Shown: piece by piece, positions 1-10,065 of the stretch
Numbering within the stretch: position 1 is the stretch's first letter
How the letters are laid out: each line of letters starts with the position of its first letter
The notes under the pieces: model-generated
Seen by the model: the letters and a program-made list of their open reading frames with translations, nothing else
What the model was told of the DNA's origin: nothing
Databases searched by the model: none
Program-made: the position numbers and the translations under genes
IMG/VR virus record: IMGVR_UViG_3300027128_000012
Span: 1-34,600 of that record
Direction: 5' to 3' (one strand)
DNA: 34,600 nt
From: a virus
Lineage: Duplodnaviria; Caudoviricetes

Positions 1-696
1 AGAAGATAGTGTAGCTGTCACCACCTGAGATAAAACTTCGTTTTTTAATTCAGTATATGCATCTTCATCAAATTGTTTAGCCTCTTCTAATTTTCCATGT
101 ATATTATCATAAATTTCTTTTATACCATCTAATTTTTTCTTTATTGCTTGTATCCTTTCATTTTCAGGTAAACTTTGAAGATAGTCGCTCAATTCATCAA
201 TGTTGAAAAAGTCAATTATTTCATTTATTTTTTTCTGTGCACTTTCAAAACGCTGGTTATGTTTTCCAGCGTCCATAACCGAACCAAAAAGTTTATACAT
301 TGGATTGTTTTTATAAGAGTTTTCATCATCAGGATTATCACTACACTCCTTAACAATATCTTGTGCTGCCTTCGCCAACTCAATTAAACCAACTAAGTTT
401 TTTTCACCATCTAAAACAACCCCAGACAATTGATCAATATGGCTCTTAAAATTATCAATTGTATTCATTGCAGTGTTTATTTTAGCAGGAATGGCGGCGA
501 TATCACTCGCAAATTGTGAAGGGTTTGAAATATTAAGTTTAGTAGCAATGTTTTCAGCTTTAGTTGTCAACTCATTTACATCTAAAGATTGTGCTTGTTG
601 TTTAAAAATATTAGCTTTTTCTGCAACAGGATTTATAAAACCTTGCCCACTTTTTATTATTTTTGAAACATCTTTGTACGCTGATGCTATTATCAT
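1..696 (-). CDS. Hypothetical alpha-helical protein, partial (runs off window start)
   Basis: ATG at 696 preceded by AAGGGA; open frame MIIASAYKDVSKIIKSGQGFINPVAEK... to position 1; missing from the ORF track because it has no stop in the window. Confidence 0.8.
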   Translation of the reverse strand, partial: MIIASAYKDVSKIIKSGQGFINPVAEKANIFKQQAQSLDVNELTTKAENIATKLNISNPSQFASDIAAIPAKINTAMNTIDNFKSHIDQLSGVVLDGEKNLVGLIELAKAAQDIVKECSDNPDDENSYKNNPMYKLFGSVMDAGKHNQRFESAQKKINEIIDFFNIDELSDYLQSLPENERIQAIKKKLDGIKEIYDNIHGKLEEAKQFDEDAYTELKNEVLSQVVTATLSS

Positions 697-708
697 ATAT
701 TCCCTTTA

Positions 709-1293
709 TTATGTTTTATAAAACCAATAATCAACTGCGCTAACACAATCATGATTATGGTTATCTTGTATGTATTGGAGCATTGTGAGAACTTTTTTCT
801 CAACATTGAAAAACTTCTCGTCAATAACAGTAATGACATTATTTTTCTTGTCTTCGTAAAAACCAAGACGAAATAGTGTCCACATAAGACTTAGCATTGC
901 ACAAGTTATTTTAAAATTTGGTGAAATTTCTGCAATAGTAATACGACAGTCGCCTAATGCGAGTTCAAGCTTTTCTTTCTTCCCACGATTATATTTTGTA
1001 ATCACTAAATCTTTTTCATTAAAAAGAGACAATGTGCGAAGGTAATATTCTTTCATGTCTCCTTCATAAAAAATATGAACAGGCATGTTAAGCGCAATCT
1101 CGTAATGAGATTTAAGATGGTTTATATCCAAATTAAAAACAGTGGAATTGTAATTGTCGATGAACAATGCACAAAAGGTATTCTTCAAACCTTTAAGTTT
1201 AGAAACAACATCACCAAGATAGGACAAATTGAGTTGATTGTTATGCTCGTCGGCGTAGAAATGGCCAACTTCTATGAAATTTATGTTTTGCAT
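709..1293 (-). CDS. Hypothetical protein, possibly HUP/nucleotidyltransferase-like fold
   Basis: 194-aa ORF downstream of a sigma70-like promoter; EVGHFY near the N-terminus loosely resembles a HIGH-type motif (weak). Confidence 0.6.
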   Translation of the reverse strand: MQNINFIEVGHFYADEHNNQLNLSYLGDVVSKLKGLKNTFCALFIDNYNSTVFNLDINHLKSHYEIALNMPVHIFYEGDMKEYYLRTLSLFNEKDLVITKYNRGKKEKLELALGDCRITIAEISPNFKITCAMLSLMWTLFRLGFYEDKKNNVITVIDEKFFNVEKKVLTMLQYIQDNHNHDCVSAVDYWFYKT

Positions 1294-1319
1294 GGTGCTT
1301 CACCAATATGTTTTCATCC

Positions 1320-1348
1320 ATTATACAATAAAAAAAGGGGTTTTGCAA
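1320..1348 (-). promoter_or_regulatory. sigma70-like promoter overlapping a terminator
   Basis: TTGCAA-17 nt-TATAAT on minus strand. Confidence 0.6.
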
Positions 1349-1357
1349 CCCCTTTTT
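1330..1357. terminator. Rho-independent terminator (bidirectional type)
   Basis: AAAAAAAGGGGTT-TTGC-AACCCCTTTTT directly after the stop of the 853-aa gene. Confidence 0.8.
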
Positions 1358-3917
1358 AAACACTTACCTTTTCCGGTAATTTTATCTTACTGGTTGTGTG
1401 GTGCAGTGGCTCGGTATTTGATATTAGCTTGAAATCATCAGGTGAGTTCTTTTCTATAGAACGTTCCTTGGACAACGAGATACCATAACCATCTTTGTCA
1501 ACTAAGTTTCCTTCTTTATCACCATAGACAGTTTCTTTTGTTTCTGGCAATGTTATTTCAGAACCTTTGTATTTTCCTGTTTCATCATAGTGGTGTATGA
1601 ATGTACCATGCGATGAAACAGACTTAATAGAAGAACCACCTTTTACTGGCTCAATCGAAACCATACGACCAGACATAGGAGTATCGTGAACCGATAACGT
1701 TTTGCCTATGACATGCTCTTTAGACTTCTTAAAAACCTTACCAAAAGCGGGAACATTTTCTTTATCGCTATAATACGAACTATCATGCCCAACGAAACCA
1801 AATCCTTCCTTTGTCAAAACAGAAGGACTGCCATCATCGGCTTTTGTTATATTTCCGTCTTTATCTAAGTGTGCGATAGCGTGGATATTATTCTTTTTCT
1901 TATATCCATCAACACCACCGCTATATTCAGTCTGGATCATTTTTCCACCACCATTGTTGTGGATTATTTTACCATTGTCAGAAGAACTATCATATTCATG
2001 GTGTAAAATGTCGCCTTTAGAAGTATGGGCCATGTCATATTGACCATGATACATACGCATCATTTTCAAACGTGTAACATTTCCTGTTTCATCCTTTTCT
2101 TCTTCAAAATGGGCGGGGCCATGTTCATTGTGTAAATTACCTTGCTCATCGAAATGCTTTTCAACATTTTTATTATCGGTATGCATCACATAATCACCGG
2201 AATTGGCGTGAGGTGCTTTTATAATAGAACCAGTATGGTCACGATAAATTGTATTCTTTATTTCATGTTCTTCTGGTGAAGTTTTGTGGGTATGAGACTC
2301 ATATTCATGCTCTATAGTATTTCCATCACCCAAACTAGTTTTCACAACACCTTTGCCATTTGACCAATTATGCGAAACTATATCACCTTTATTAATATGA
2401 TCATACTTTGCTTCAAAGTGATCAGTTGGTTTACCATTTTCATCATATTCGGTTTTCATTTCACGGAACACATGTCCATGATGTGCCCATGATTTTGTTT
2501 CATATCCCTTTGTTCCATTTTGATTCAATGAAAGCGAATAACGGGATGGTTCATCATTGTCGGTATGTGCTTCGCCATAAACACTTTTAACTACACCCAT
2601 GCCATGATGATTAACATACATAGAAGACATTCCGGATAAAATACCATTATGCTCATAACCAAACTTGTGGTATTCATGTGATACTTCCGTAACGTTACCA
2701 TGTTCATCATAAGATGTATCTTCAATAGATGGTGTTTTACCATCTTTAGGTGAATGAAGTAGCCCATAATTGTAAAAACGTTTCGAAGTGTTTTTTAATT
2801 TTCCGGTTTCATCATGTGTTTCTTTGATATAAGCAGGGCCAGACTCGTTATGAAGCTCCCCGCCCTGATGCCACATTTTGTGAACTGTGTTGCCCTCATG
2901 AATTATCAAAGAAGGTAAACCATCATTACTATGAAGCTCTCCACTGATATTATGAGTGTGTTTTGTTATCTTGGAAATTTTTGGCTCTATACCATATTGC
3001 GAAAACACATCATTATGTTTATCTTTATTTTTGACATGACTTTCAATAACTGAATCTTTATCATCATCGTTATAAAGATCGGGTGATTTTCTATATTTCA
3101 TGCCGGGTTCAGATGGAAACTCCTTTTTAGAAAAATCACTAACCGTTTTAGAAAAGTCACCGGATGCATTACCATATACTTTATTTTCTGGACGCCATAT
3201 ATCATGCCCGTCTGTATTTGTATGACGCTTTAGTAATATACGTGCAAGAGGTGCCTTGGCAGTATTGTCGCCTTCATGTGTTAGATACGCTGCCAAAGTT
3301 TGATGAGAAAGATCAGATTGAATATATGAGTGGTGTTCGCCACCAGCTTTCAATGCAGGGTTTTTAGATGAACCGTGTGGTAGTCTCATACAAGAAGTTT
3401 CCCATGATCTACCGCTAGTCATTCCACCAATATCATGTGGATGCCTTGAAACAACTATTTGTAATCCATTTCCCTTTCTATTGTTATTGCGGGAAGGATC
3501 ATTTTGAAATATATTGGAAAGTGATTTTGTTTGATTTATACCACCACGAACAACATCGGCAGTTTTTTCATTCCCTCCGGTTTCAGCTAATATAGAACCT
3601 ATGGATTTGAACTCCGCTTTTACATGTCCTTTTTTGGTCTGTAACCTACGAGTTGCAATACCTTTATCATAATCATGAATAGTCCAACCACCATTTTCGT
3701 GCAAGTGCTTTGCTATATCAGGATTAAAATGTACCTCATGACCTGTTAATGGTATAACAAGTCTTGGACTTTTTTCATCATTAGTATAACGGTGGAATAA
3801 GCCATCATGATGCGATGGATCGACATCCTCGCCTTGTTCCTTATTAGTTTTAACCCAATTGTCAACCAATTTTTTTTGTTTTTCTGTTAATTCTTCATTT
3901 ATTATTTTTTGAGACAT
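1356..3917 (-). CDS. Large His-rich protein with W-x-x-SCM N-terminal domain and repeated G-x-LH-x-x-x-GP motifs; probable virion-packaged late protein
   Basis: 853 aa; SRHPHDIGGMTSGRSWETSCM; repeats GELHSNDGLPS, GELHNESGPAY, GLLHSPKDG, GNLHNEHGPAH; N-terminus MSQKIINE. Confidence 0.75.
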   Translation of the reverse strand: MSQKIINEELTEKQKKLVDNWVKTNKEQGEDVDPSHHDGLFHRYTNDEKSPRLVIPLTGHEVHFNPDIAKHLHENGGWTIHDYDKGIATRRLQTKKGHVKAEFKSIGSILAETGGNEKTADVVRGGINQTKSLSNIFQNDPSRNNNRKGNGLQIVVSRHPHDIGGMTSGRSWETSCMRLPHGSSKNPALKAGGEHHSYIQSDLSHQTLAAYLTHEGDNTAKAPLARILLKRHTNTDGHDIWRPENKVYGNASGDFSKTVSDFSKKEFPSEPGMKYRKSPDLYNDDDKDSVIESHVKNKDKHNDVFSQYGIEPKISKITKHTHNISGELHSNDGLPSLIIHEGNTVHKMWHQGGELHNESGPAYIKETHDETGKLKNTSKRFYNYGLLHSPKDGKTPSIEDTSYDEHGNVTEVSHEYHKFGYEHNGILSGMSSMYVNHHGMGVVKSVYGEAHTDNDEPSRYSLSLNQNGTKGYETKSWAHHGHVFREMKTEYDENGKPTDHFEAKYDHINKGDIVSHNWSNGKGVVKTSLGDGNTIEHEYESHTHKTSPEEHEIKNTIYRDHTGSIIKAPHANSGDYVMHTDNKNVEKHFDEQGNLHNEHGPAHFEEEKDETGNVTRLKMMRMYHGQYDMAHTSKGDILHHEYDSSSDNGKIIHNNGGGKMIQTEYSGGVDGYKKKNNIHAIAHLDKDGNITKADDGSPSVLTKEGFGFVGHDSSYYSDKENVPAFGKVFKKSKEHVIGKTLSVHDTPMSGRMVSIEPVKGGSSIKSVSSHGTFIHHYDETGKYKGSEITLPETKETVYGDKEGNLVDKDGYGISLSKERSIEKNSPDDFKLISNTEPLHHTTSKIKLPEKVSV

Positions 3918-3929
3918 TTTATCACCACA

Positions 3930-4103
3930 TCATTCCTTTTCACTTGTGCTATTGAGTAATTGTCCATTAAGATATTCAACAGGCTTATTGTAACCTGCTG
4001 ATGTCAATAACTCAATACCCAAACGATACAAATCTTCCTTTTTAACCAACTTTTTCTTTGGTTCTATATTAGATTCGATCAATTTTAAAATATCATTCAT
4101 CAT
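3930..4103 (-). CDS. Small hypothetical late protein
   Basis: MMNDILKLIESNI...; GGGGG SD before ATG 4103; overlaps the stop of the upstream small ORF. Confidence 0.65.
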   Translation of the reverse strand: MMNDILKLIESNIEPKKKLVKKEDLYRLGIELLTSAGYNKPVEYLNGQLLNSTSEKE

Positions 4104-4251
4104 TATCCCCCTTGGACAACTTTTCGTGATATTTTGCACATTCTAAATGTTGCGGATCATGTGACTCAGCATATTCCTTTTTATATGCTGTGGCTGCGGC
4201 CTTATGATAATCTCTTTTTTCTTGAAGGAAACTTTCTTTATTCTCAGACAT
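4093..4251 (-). CDS. Small 52-aa hypothetical late protein (not in ORF track)
   Basis: GAGGT SD, MSENKESFLQEKRDYHKAAATAYKKEYAESHDPQHLECAKYHEKLSKGDNDE*; TAAATA motif just upstream. Confidence 0.7.
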   Translation of the reverse strand: MSENKESFLQEKRDYHKAAATAYKKEYAESHDPQHLECAKYHEKLSKGDNDE

Positions 4252-4272
4252 ACCAAACCTCATTGTTTGGTA

Positions 4273-4278
4273 TATTTA
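4273..4278 (-). promoter_or_regulatory. T4-type late promoter core TAAATA
   Basis: GATAAATA 22 nt upstream of the 52-aa/57-aa/853-aa run. Confidence 0.5.
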
Positions 4279-4285
4279 TCAACAC

Positions 4286-5665
4286 TCAACCATACATCAA
4301 TTCATTAAACAACATGATTTTGTCATGTGGTATTTTGGCACGGGTTGCCAAATTTACTTGAGGATACTTGTACATCAAACGATTATGCTTTGTGCGCAAC
4401 CCTCCATTTTTTGCGAAAGGTACAAAGTCACGCACATCAATAATGTCATAAACCTTCTTATTGATTCCCTTTTGTTGCAGATAAAAAAGATTCATGAAAA
4501 ATCCTTCTGCAACAACTCCTGTATTTCTAAAAATAAGATTCCTAACATAGTTGAATGAATGACCAGAAGAAATGTCATCATCAACAATCAAAACATTTGC
4601 ATTCTTCGGCAGTTGTTTGAGGAATTGTATAAACTCATCCTCATTTTCAACAAGGAATCCACACGGACTTTTTTGATAAGTATTTTTCTTGAACAGACGG
4701 GAACAACGAATGTTGAAATCACCTTGGAAATACTTATCCATGCTAATAACATAACTGTTCATATTAGCAACATGCTGACGGCACATTTCCACCTGTTCCT
4801 TTGCATCAATCACCGTTATATCAAGTTTTCCTTCAAACACGAAATCCAATGCCCCTACAAGCCTTTCTGTGACGTTTTCAAACCCACCAAGCCCTGAATC
4901 ATCCCTTACCATATAGGTTCCGGAAATATCAGGGTTAGAAAGGCTAGACATAACCTTATCACGAATTAGAGTAGACGACAAATACGAATATGGACTATTT
5001 TTGACAACAAAAATGTTATCATTGCTCATACCATGTTGTTGCAAACGTGAATCAACGGTGATATCGACACTATCACGGGAAACAATGAAGGTGTCATGTT
5101 CAGTCTGCTTAATTGCCAATGCAAACATTTGATTGTCCGCCCCGACGACAAATGATTGTTTTACATTTGGTGCGAAATGGCTCAAACGCATCATAAGATA
5201 AGGAAAGTTCAATTCTGCTGGCATGTAGAGAGCAGGATGTTCATCAATAATGATATCAGTTTCATTATTGTCTTCCAGAAACTTTTTCATATATTGAATG
5301 CGTGACATTGCCGAAAACTTACATGTGCCTCCACGCTTCACGTCAACATATGAATCATGTGCTGGAAAGAGAACACACAAAGGATTATACCCTCTGTCAA
5401 TATAAAAAGAACGTGCTAGGCGAATAGCATCTAAATGACCAGCATGCATAGGCGAGAAACAACCTGCCATCGAAATGATAATATCAGGAGACTTTTCAAC
5501 AATCGCATCCACAATAACATCATTGAAGGGAGAATCCGGATCGCAAAGCATTTCCATCAATTGATGTTTAGATTGGTATTCATCTTCAAAGTAACCAGCA
5601 TCAACACAATCCTGATAGGAAAATCCATTTGCAATCATCATGTCATAGTACATTGTAGGAACCAT
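4286..5665 (-). CDS. Cytidylyltransferase-like (HIGH) domain fused to a type I phosphoribosyltransferase-like domain
   Basis: GCFSPMHAGH (HxGH), VVGAD, LSSTLIR (NadD-like) and VLIVDDDISSGHSF (PRPP-binding loop). Confidence 0.8.
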   Translation of the reverse strand: MVPTMYYDMMIANGFSYQDCVDAGYFEDEYQSKHQLMEMLCDPDSPFNDVIVDAIVEKSPDIIISMAGCFSPMHAGHLDAIRLARSFYIDRGYNPLCVLFPAHDSYVDVKRGGTCKFSAMSRIQYMKKFLEDNNETDIIIDEHPALYMPAELNFPYLMMRLSHFAPNVKQSFVVGADNQMFALAIKQTEHDTFIVSRDSVDITVDSRLQQHGMSNDNIFVVKNSPYSYLSSTLIRDKVMSSLSNPDISGTYMVRDDSGLGGFENVTERLVGALDFVFEGKLDITVIDAKEQVEMCRQHVANMNSYVISMDKYFQGDFNIRCSRLFKKNTYQKSPCGFLVENEDEFIQFLKQLPKNANVLIVDDDISSGHSFNYVRNLIFRNTGVVAEGFFMNLFYLQQKGINKKVYDIIDVRDFVPFAKNGGLRTKHNRLMYKYPQVNLATRAKIPHDKIMLFNELMYG

Positions 5666-5695
5666 TGGTTAATTTCCTCCCATTATACTGATTGT

Positions 5696-5701
5696 TAAAT
5701 A
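5696..5701 (+). promoter_or_regulatory. T4-type late promoter core TAAATA
   Basis: TTAAATA upstream of plus-strand gene 5735. Confidence 0.45.
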
Positions 5702-5734
5702 TACTGTAAAGTAAACTTATGTAAAGGCAATCAA

Positions 5735-6055
5735 ATGGCACTAACCATCAAAGAAAAAAACCATGTGACAATACACATAGAACCAACAACAGATGCAGTT
5801 TTATCAAGTGAGTTTGAATTGGTTTCTGAACGTAATTACACAATAATATGCAGCCCTCTCCAAAGTGGTGAGCGCATTGGTATATTAGTATATGACTACG
5901 CAACACAACAATTTAATCAAATGTATATTGGAGGTTTTGAAGTATACATGACACAATATCACCATGTACTTACCTTCCAAAATGTAAGCTGTGTTATACA
6001 GATAGACAAAAGCGAAACTGCTTTGCCTGTTGGAGTAAGTATCGCATCACGTTAA
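5735..6055 (+). CDS. Hypothetical beta-rich protein
   Basis: 106-aa ORF with AAGG SD. Confidence 0.7.
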   Translation: MALTIKEKNHVTIHIEPTTDAVLSSEFELVSERNYTIICSPLQSGERIGILVYDYATQQFNQMYIGGFEVYMTQYHHVLTFQNVSCVIQIDKSETALPVGVSIASR

Positions 6056-6081
6056 ATAGATAAAATTATTTGGAGTTTGAA

Positions 6082-6792
6082 ATGGGTAAATTTTTACAAC
6101 ACATGGAAGATTATTATCTTGTGCCTATGAACGAAGGATTCAATCCTATTGAAAGCATTCGTAACTTTGCAAACCAAGACATTTTCATGGGTTCACCAAC
6201 GCATGAAATGCGTAAAAAAGGTGTTTTTGTCTATAAAGTCGATAATGCTAATATTGCTAAAAACAGAATCCATAAGAACTTCGAACCAACTCATACCTTT
6301 GTTATTCATGGTTCTCATTATATTGTTGGGAAAGAATTAGGAAAAGAAGGAACTCAAATATATCGTGCCAATGGTAATAAAACACACACGCATGTTGATG
6401 GGTTTAAAATGTTACATGAGCATCCTGAATTGACAGAGACTCATATTGGAAGAAAGATTTATGCGGAGAATAAAGAGGCTTTTAAAAAAATGCCTATAAC
6501 AGCATCAAAATCACAACTACAACATATTATGGACTTAGACCCTTCTAAAAGAACAGGAAATGTCCAAAACTCAACTATGCAGTGGATAGCATCACGTCAT
6601 TATAATTCAGATAAAAGTGTATTGGATTCAGCTATTAATGCGCAACATCAAATACACCCAATAACTGTGAAACGCTTAATGACTATGCATGGCGTCAACC
6701 GTGACCAAGCAACTAAAATAAAAAATATGCCACATCTTATGGCAAATCCCCATATAGCTGCTACAGTCACGAATCGTTTGGCTCAGCCATAA
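6082..6792 (+). CDS. His-rich hypothetical protein, probable head-packaged protein
   Basis: GGAG SD before ATG 6082; MGKFLQHMEDYYLVPMNE N-terminus; TAAATA at 6053-6058. Confidence 0.7.
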   Translation: MGKFLQHMEDYYLVPMNEGFNPIESIRNFANQDIFMGSPTHEMRKKGVFVYKVDNANIAKNRIHKNFEPTHTFVIHGSHYIVGKELGKEGTQIYRANGNKTHTHVDGFKMLHEHPELTETHIGRKIYAENKEAFKKMPITASKSQLQHIMDLDPSKRTGNVQNSTMQWIASRHYNSDKSVLDSAINAQHQIHPITVKRLMTMHGVNRDQATKIKNMPHLMANPHIAATVTNRLAQP

Positions 6793-6794
6793 CA

Positions 6795-7097
6795 TCAATA
6801 GACTTGATTGGGTTTCACTGACAGCCTAATCAAGTCTAATTCCTCTACCGCTGAAATATCAAAAAAATCAACATCATTCAACGTTGCACTTGGAACAAAA
6901 ATATCCTTTGGATATTTTTCATTAACTTCTTTCACAATGTCAATTAGAAGTTGAACATTATCAGAAGAATACATTACGATATTCGTCCCCCTGACCTTTG
7001 CCTCCCAGCACAAATCATCATCAAATGCACCATATGAAAGGTCAATAGTAAAATTTGTATTTGTCATGATTTCCTCAGATATATTTTTTAACTTCAC
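6795..7097 (-). CDS. Hypothetical protein
   Basis: 100-aa ORF; likely start at MTNTNF after GAGG. Confidence 0.65.
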   Translation of the reverse strand: MKLKNISEEIMTNTNFTIDLSYGAFDDDLCWEAKVRGTNIVMYSSDNVQLLIDIVKEVNEKYPKDIFVPSATLNDVDFFDISAVEELDLIRLSVKPNQVY

Positions 7098-7332
7098 TAA
7101 AACACTTGTATTTTTCTGAATTGGTCAATAAACCATATTCATCAATTTGATACTCCAATGCACTTGGAAGAACCTTACTACAAGTCAAATTATAAACAAC
7201 GCCATTTTTCAATTTGACATATATTCCATAATAAGCAGAAGTTAATATACCAATTTCTTCGATACCGTCGATATTATTGATATTATTAAAATCCGCATCA
7301 ACACTGTTTTTTATAACTACCGAAGTATTCAT
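7075..7332 (-). CDS. Hypothetical protein
   Basis: MNTSVVIK... after AAGGG SD and a consensus promoter. Confidence 0.65.
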   Translation of the reverse strand: MNTSVVIKNSVDADFNNINNIDGIEEIGILTSAYYGIYVKLKNGVVYNLTCSKVLPSALEYQIDEYGLLTNSEKYKCFSEVKKYI

Positions 7333-7359
7333 GATTTTGCCCTTGAATGCTAGTTGACT

Positions 7360-7388
7360 ATTATACACTTTTTGACACCTTTTGTCAA
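7360..7388 (-). promoter_or_regulatory. Consensus sigma70 (early) promoter
   Basis: TTGACA-17 nt-TATAAT. Confidence 0.85.
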
Positions 7389-7580
7389 TCTTCTACATCA
7401 ACAATGTCTCCTAATACAGCCACCATATACCAATCAGGAACAGTTTTCGAAGTATTTCTCGCATTAAACTTTTCAATGCGTTCTTTGGCTAGTGCATCAG
7501 AAGTAAAATATTCAACTGAATCTATTTTACTTCCGCCAACCCCTTTCGTATTCCATAAACAAAACTTGACGCTTGAACAT
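7385..7580 (-). pseudogene. Frameshifted small phage gene (or single-base sequencing insertion)
   Basis: GAGGT SD, MFKRQVLFMEYERGW then one extra base at 7535 then GSKIDSVEYF...VPDWYMVAVLGDIVDVED*; total length 3n+1. Confidence 0.65.
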
Positions 7581-7583
7581 AAA

Positions 7584-7964
7584 TCACCTCGGCTCTGAAA
7601 TTGTTATTTGAATTACCACATGATAGTCTTTGAAATAACGATGGTAATTCGCATAAATGTATGCATCATCAAGAGATTGCATGAACTTTAAAGATGGTCG
7701 CCCATAATTAACGAAATACCCTCGCTCAGTGTAATTTTCAACAATAATGTCGAAAATTTCAAGAATTTCTTGGATTAATTCCTCGTTTTCCTTGAATGTG
7801 GTTACAAATGACTGTGACCCATGAATGGTCGAGGTAAGAACACACGAACCATTTTCAGTCAATGAAACATCATACAACGCAGCCTTTCTGCATTTTCCTG
7901 CAAAACGGTCACGAAGTATTTGATACACATCACGTATGGATTTGGTTGAAGTCATAGCAATCAC
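7584..7964 (-). CDS. Hypothetical protein
   Basis: 126-aa ORF after promoter 7981-8009. Confidence 0.7.
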   Translation of the reverse strand: MIAMTSTKSIRDVYQILRDRFAGKCRKAALYDVSLTENGSCVLTSTIHGSQSFVTTFKENEELIQEILEIFDIIVENYTERGYFVNYGRPSLKFMQSLDDAYIYANYHRYFKDYHVVIQITISEPR

Positions 7965-7980
7965 CTATCTGTGTTTCATC

Positions 7981-8009
7981 ATCATAGCATATGTCCACGA
8001 TTTTTTCAA
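7981..8009 (-). promoter_or_regulatory. sigma70-like promoter
   Basis: TTGAAA-17 nt-TATGAT with extended -10 TG. Confidence 0.55.
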
Positions 8010-8021
8010 GGAATAGAAATG

Positions 8022-8049
8022 AAAAAACCAGCATTTCTGCTGGTTTTTT
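8022..8049. terminator. Rho-independent terminator after gp32
   Basis: AAAAAACCAGCA-TTTC-TGCTGGTTTTTT. Confidence 0.85.
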
Positions 8050-8081
8050 GTAATGACTGATCTTCCTTATTTCAGGTGAAA

Positions 8082-9044
8082 TTATTCAATTTCACGCAAA
8101 AATGCTAAGTCTTCATCATCAGGTTCAGATGTTTGTACGGGTGCGGCCTGACGTACCTGAGTGCGCACAGGGGGAGCATCGTCTTCTTCATCTTCCACTG
8201 AACTATTGCGAGATACAGTGGTTCCTAATGCGGTTGCAATACCAGAACCCACTTGTGGGCCTAACACTTCAACAAGACGCTTTTGCAAGGATTCATAAGT
8301 CTTGAATTCCTTTTCATCATAGAATGGTTGCAATGGGTGACATTGGTTCCAAATCTTTTCCATTTCCTTTTCCTTTCCACCGGCCAACGGAGATTTAGCC
8401 TTGAAAGAAGATTTTTCGTAGTTAGGAACAGTTACGGTTTGACCCTTACTATTCTTCATAGTACGACCATTGATACGGATAACAAAATCAGCGCCGTTAT
8501 CAATGTCAAATGCGTTCATAGGTTCAACAACTTCATCACCTTCGAACTCTGGTGCCTTTGGATATGCAGCATCCTCGATCATCTTGTGAATCTGAGGGCC
8601 GTATTCATAAATCATGACCTTGCCTTCAAGTTCTGGGTGCGCCGGGTCTTTTATAACCAAAACGTTCGCAAAATATGTGGTCTTACGCTTACGAGAACGG
8701 GCATTATCCTTATCAGATTCAACACCAGAGTCCCAGCAACGCTTATTCAACTCACCACATGGATCGGGCTTACCAATAGTAGAAAGAGAATTTTCAATAT
8801 ACCACTTTCCAGTTGGGCCTTGGAATGCGTGAGAGTATACTCTAACATATGGATATTCATCAATTTCGGAAGGTGCAGCAGGCAAGAAACGAATAATAGC
8901 AGTACCACTACCCTTTTCTTTGTCGAATGTAGGCTTCCAAATGCGCTCATCGACCGCACGAGAACCGCCTTTTTCTGGCTTGTCAGACGCTTTCATCTTT
9001 TCAAGCATGTTTTTTGAACTAGAACGTAATGCATTTAATGACAT
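8082..9044 (-). CDS. gp32: T4-like single-stranded DNA-binding protein
   Basis: DERIWKP, AIIRFLP, HAFQGPTGKWYIENS, NVLVIKDP, NYEKSSF, acidic tail; synteny with gp59 and gp33. Confidence 0.97.
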   Translation of the reverse strand: MSLNALRSSSKNMLEKMKASDKPEKGGSRAVDERIWKPTFDKEKGSGTAIIRFLPAAPSEIDEYPYVRVYSHAFQGPTGKWYIENSLSTIGKPDPCGELNKRCWDSGVESDKDNARSRKRKTTYFANVLVIKDPAHPELEGKVMIYEYGPQIHKMIEDAAYPKAPEFEGDEVVEPMNAFDIDNGADFVIRINGRTMKNSKGQTVTVPNYEKSSFKAKSPLAGGKEKEMEKIWNQCHPLQPFYDEKEFKTYESLQKRLVEVLGPQVGSGIATALGTTVSRNSSVEDEEDDAPPVRTQVRQAAPVQTSEPDDEDLAFLREIE

Positions 9045-9107
9045 AATATATTTCCTTATATGAGTTATGTGTTTTTATATGTTTTGAAAAATTAAAACAA
9101 GGGGAAA

Positions 9108-9785
9108 TTAGTTATTTTTCAATTGCAATAATTTTTCCCTAATGTAATCAGTATATTCCTTGTCCATTTCCATACACACAAATGGTCGATATTTTAAATA
9201 CCAATCTTTATATGCTGTCCATGTCAAAGTGTTCAACTTCATACATGTATATTTAGTTAGCGACGTTGAAATATCAACCATTGCTAACGTTTCATAAGAA
9301 ATAATTCCCTTATGAGCCAAATGGTAAATTGGTGGTATTCCTACTCCACCATTTGCATTTGTTGTTTTTAGTATATCTATTGTATACGATTCGTAAAGTT
9401 TTGTCAAGTCTTTTTCTAAAAAATATTTCGGAGAAGACAAAAAAGATTTTAATTTAGAATATGCCTGTTGGACATCTTCCTGATCGGGGGAACTTTCCCA
9501 ACTCCCATTAGGTTTGTTATAAAAGAAATGTGCGCCCAATGCCATTTTTACATTGACATCAGTAGTAAATCTCTTTGCCCATTTGTCAAACAATTTAACT
9601 TCCCATGTTGAAACTGTTTGATATTTGTCCCAATTGTATATTTTCTTCGATGAAAAATTATACTTTTCAAGGCGATAGCTGTCCGTCATATAATGTAAAC
9701 GAACAGATTGATATAACTTCCATGTATCAAAATCATTTATGTATTTTGGATTTTCACAAGGATAAACCAATGACTTTATATTCAT
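9108..9785 (-). CDS. gp59: T4-like helicase loader
   Basis: LYQSVRLHY...EKYN N-terminus, ISYETL and KYRPF C-terminal motifs; lies between gp33 and gp32. Confidence 0.85.
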   Translation of the reverse strand: MNIKSLVYPCENPKYINDFDTWKLYQSVRLHYMTDSYRLEKYNFSSKKIYNWDKYQTVSTWEVKLFDKWAKRFTTDVNVKMALGAHFFYNKPNGSWESSPDQEDVQQAYSKLKSFLSSPKYFLEKDLTKLYESYTIDILKTTNANGGVGIPPIYHLAHKGIISYETLAMVDISTSLTKYTCMKLNTLTWTAYKDWYLKYRPFVCMEMDKEYTDYIREKLLQLKNN

Positions 9786-9788
9786 AAT

Positions 9789-10028
9789 TTAGAATGGTAA
9801 CGTAGCAATATTCTCAGTTTTTATACGCTTTAGATTAACAGATTCGGAACGCAAACGTTCCAATAAAACAGGACTTAGATAAGGAGCAATTTCCGTTTCC
9901 TCCAAATCATATTCTTGACAATACTCAACCACAGCTTCCAGCCATGTATCGCAATGCTTGTAAAGTTCTTCAACCTTATGTTGAAGACTAGACATTATTT
10001 CTTCTTTTGAAAAACCTAATTTAACCAT
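9789..10028 (-). CDS. gp33: T4-like late transcription coactivator
   Basis: WLEAVVEYCQEYDLEETEIAPYLSPVLLERLRSE...LPF; synteny. Confidence 0.9.
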   Translation of the reverse strand: MVKLGFSKEEIMSSLQHKVEELYKHCDTWLEAVVEYCQEYDLEETEIAPYLSPVLLERLRSESVNLKRIKTENIATLPF

Positions 10029-10065
10029 ATCATTTCCTTTGACAGTGTTGATTCCCTAGATGACC

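Noticed and set aside
8283-9017. 244-aa plus-strand ORF, and similar antisense ORFs over TerC, TelA and the nucleotidyltransferase
   Set aside because: Shadow frames of well-supported minus-strand genes.
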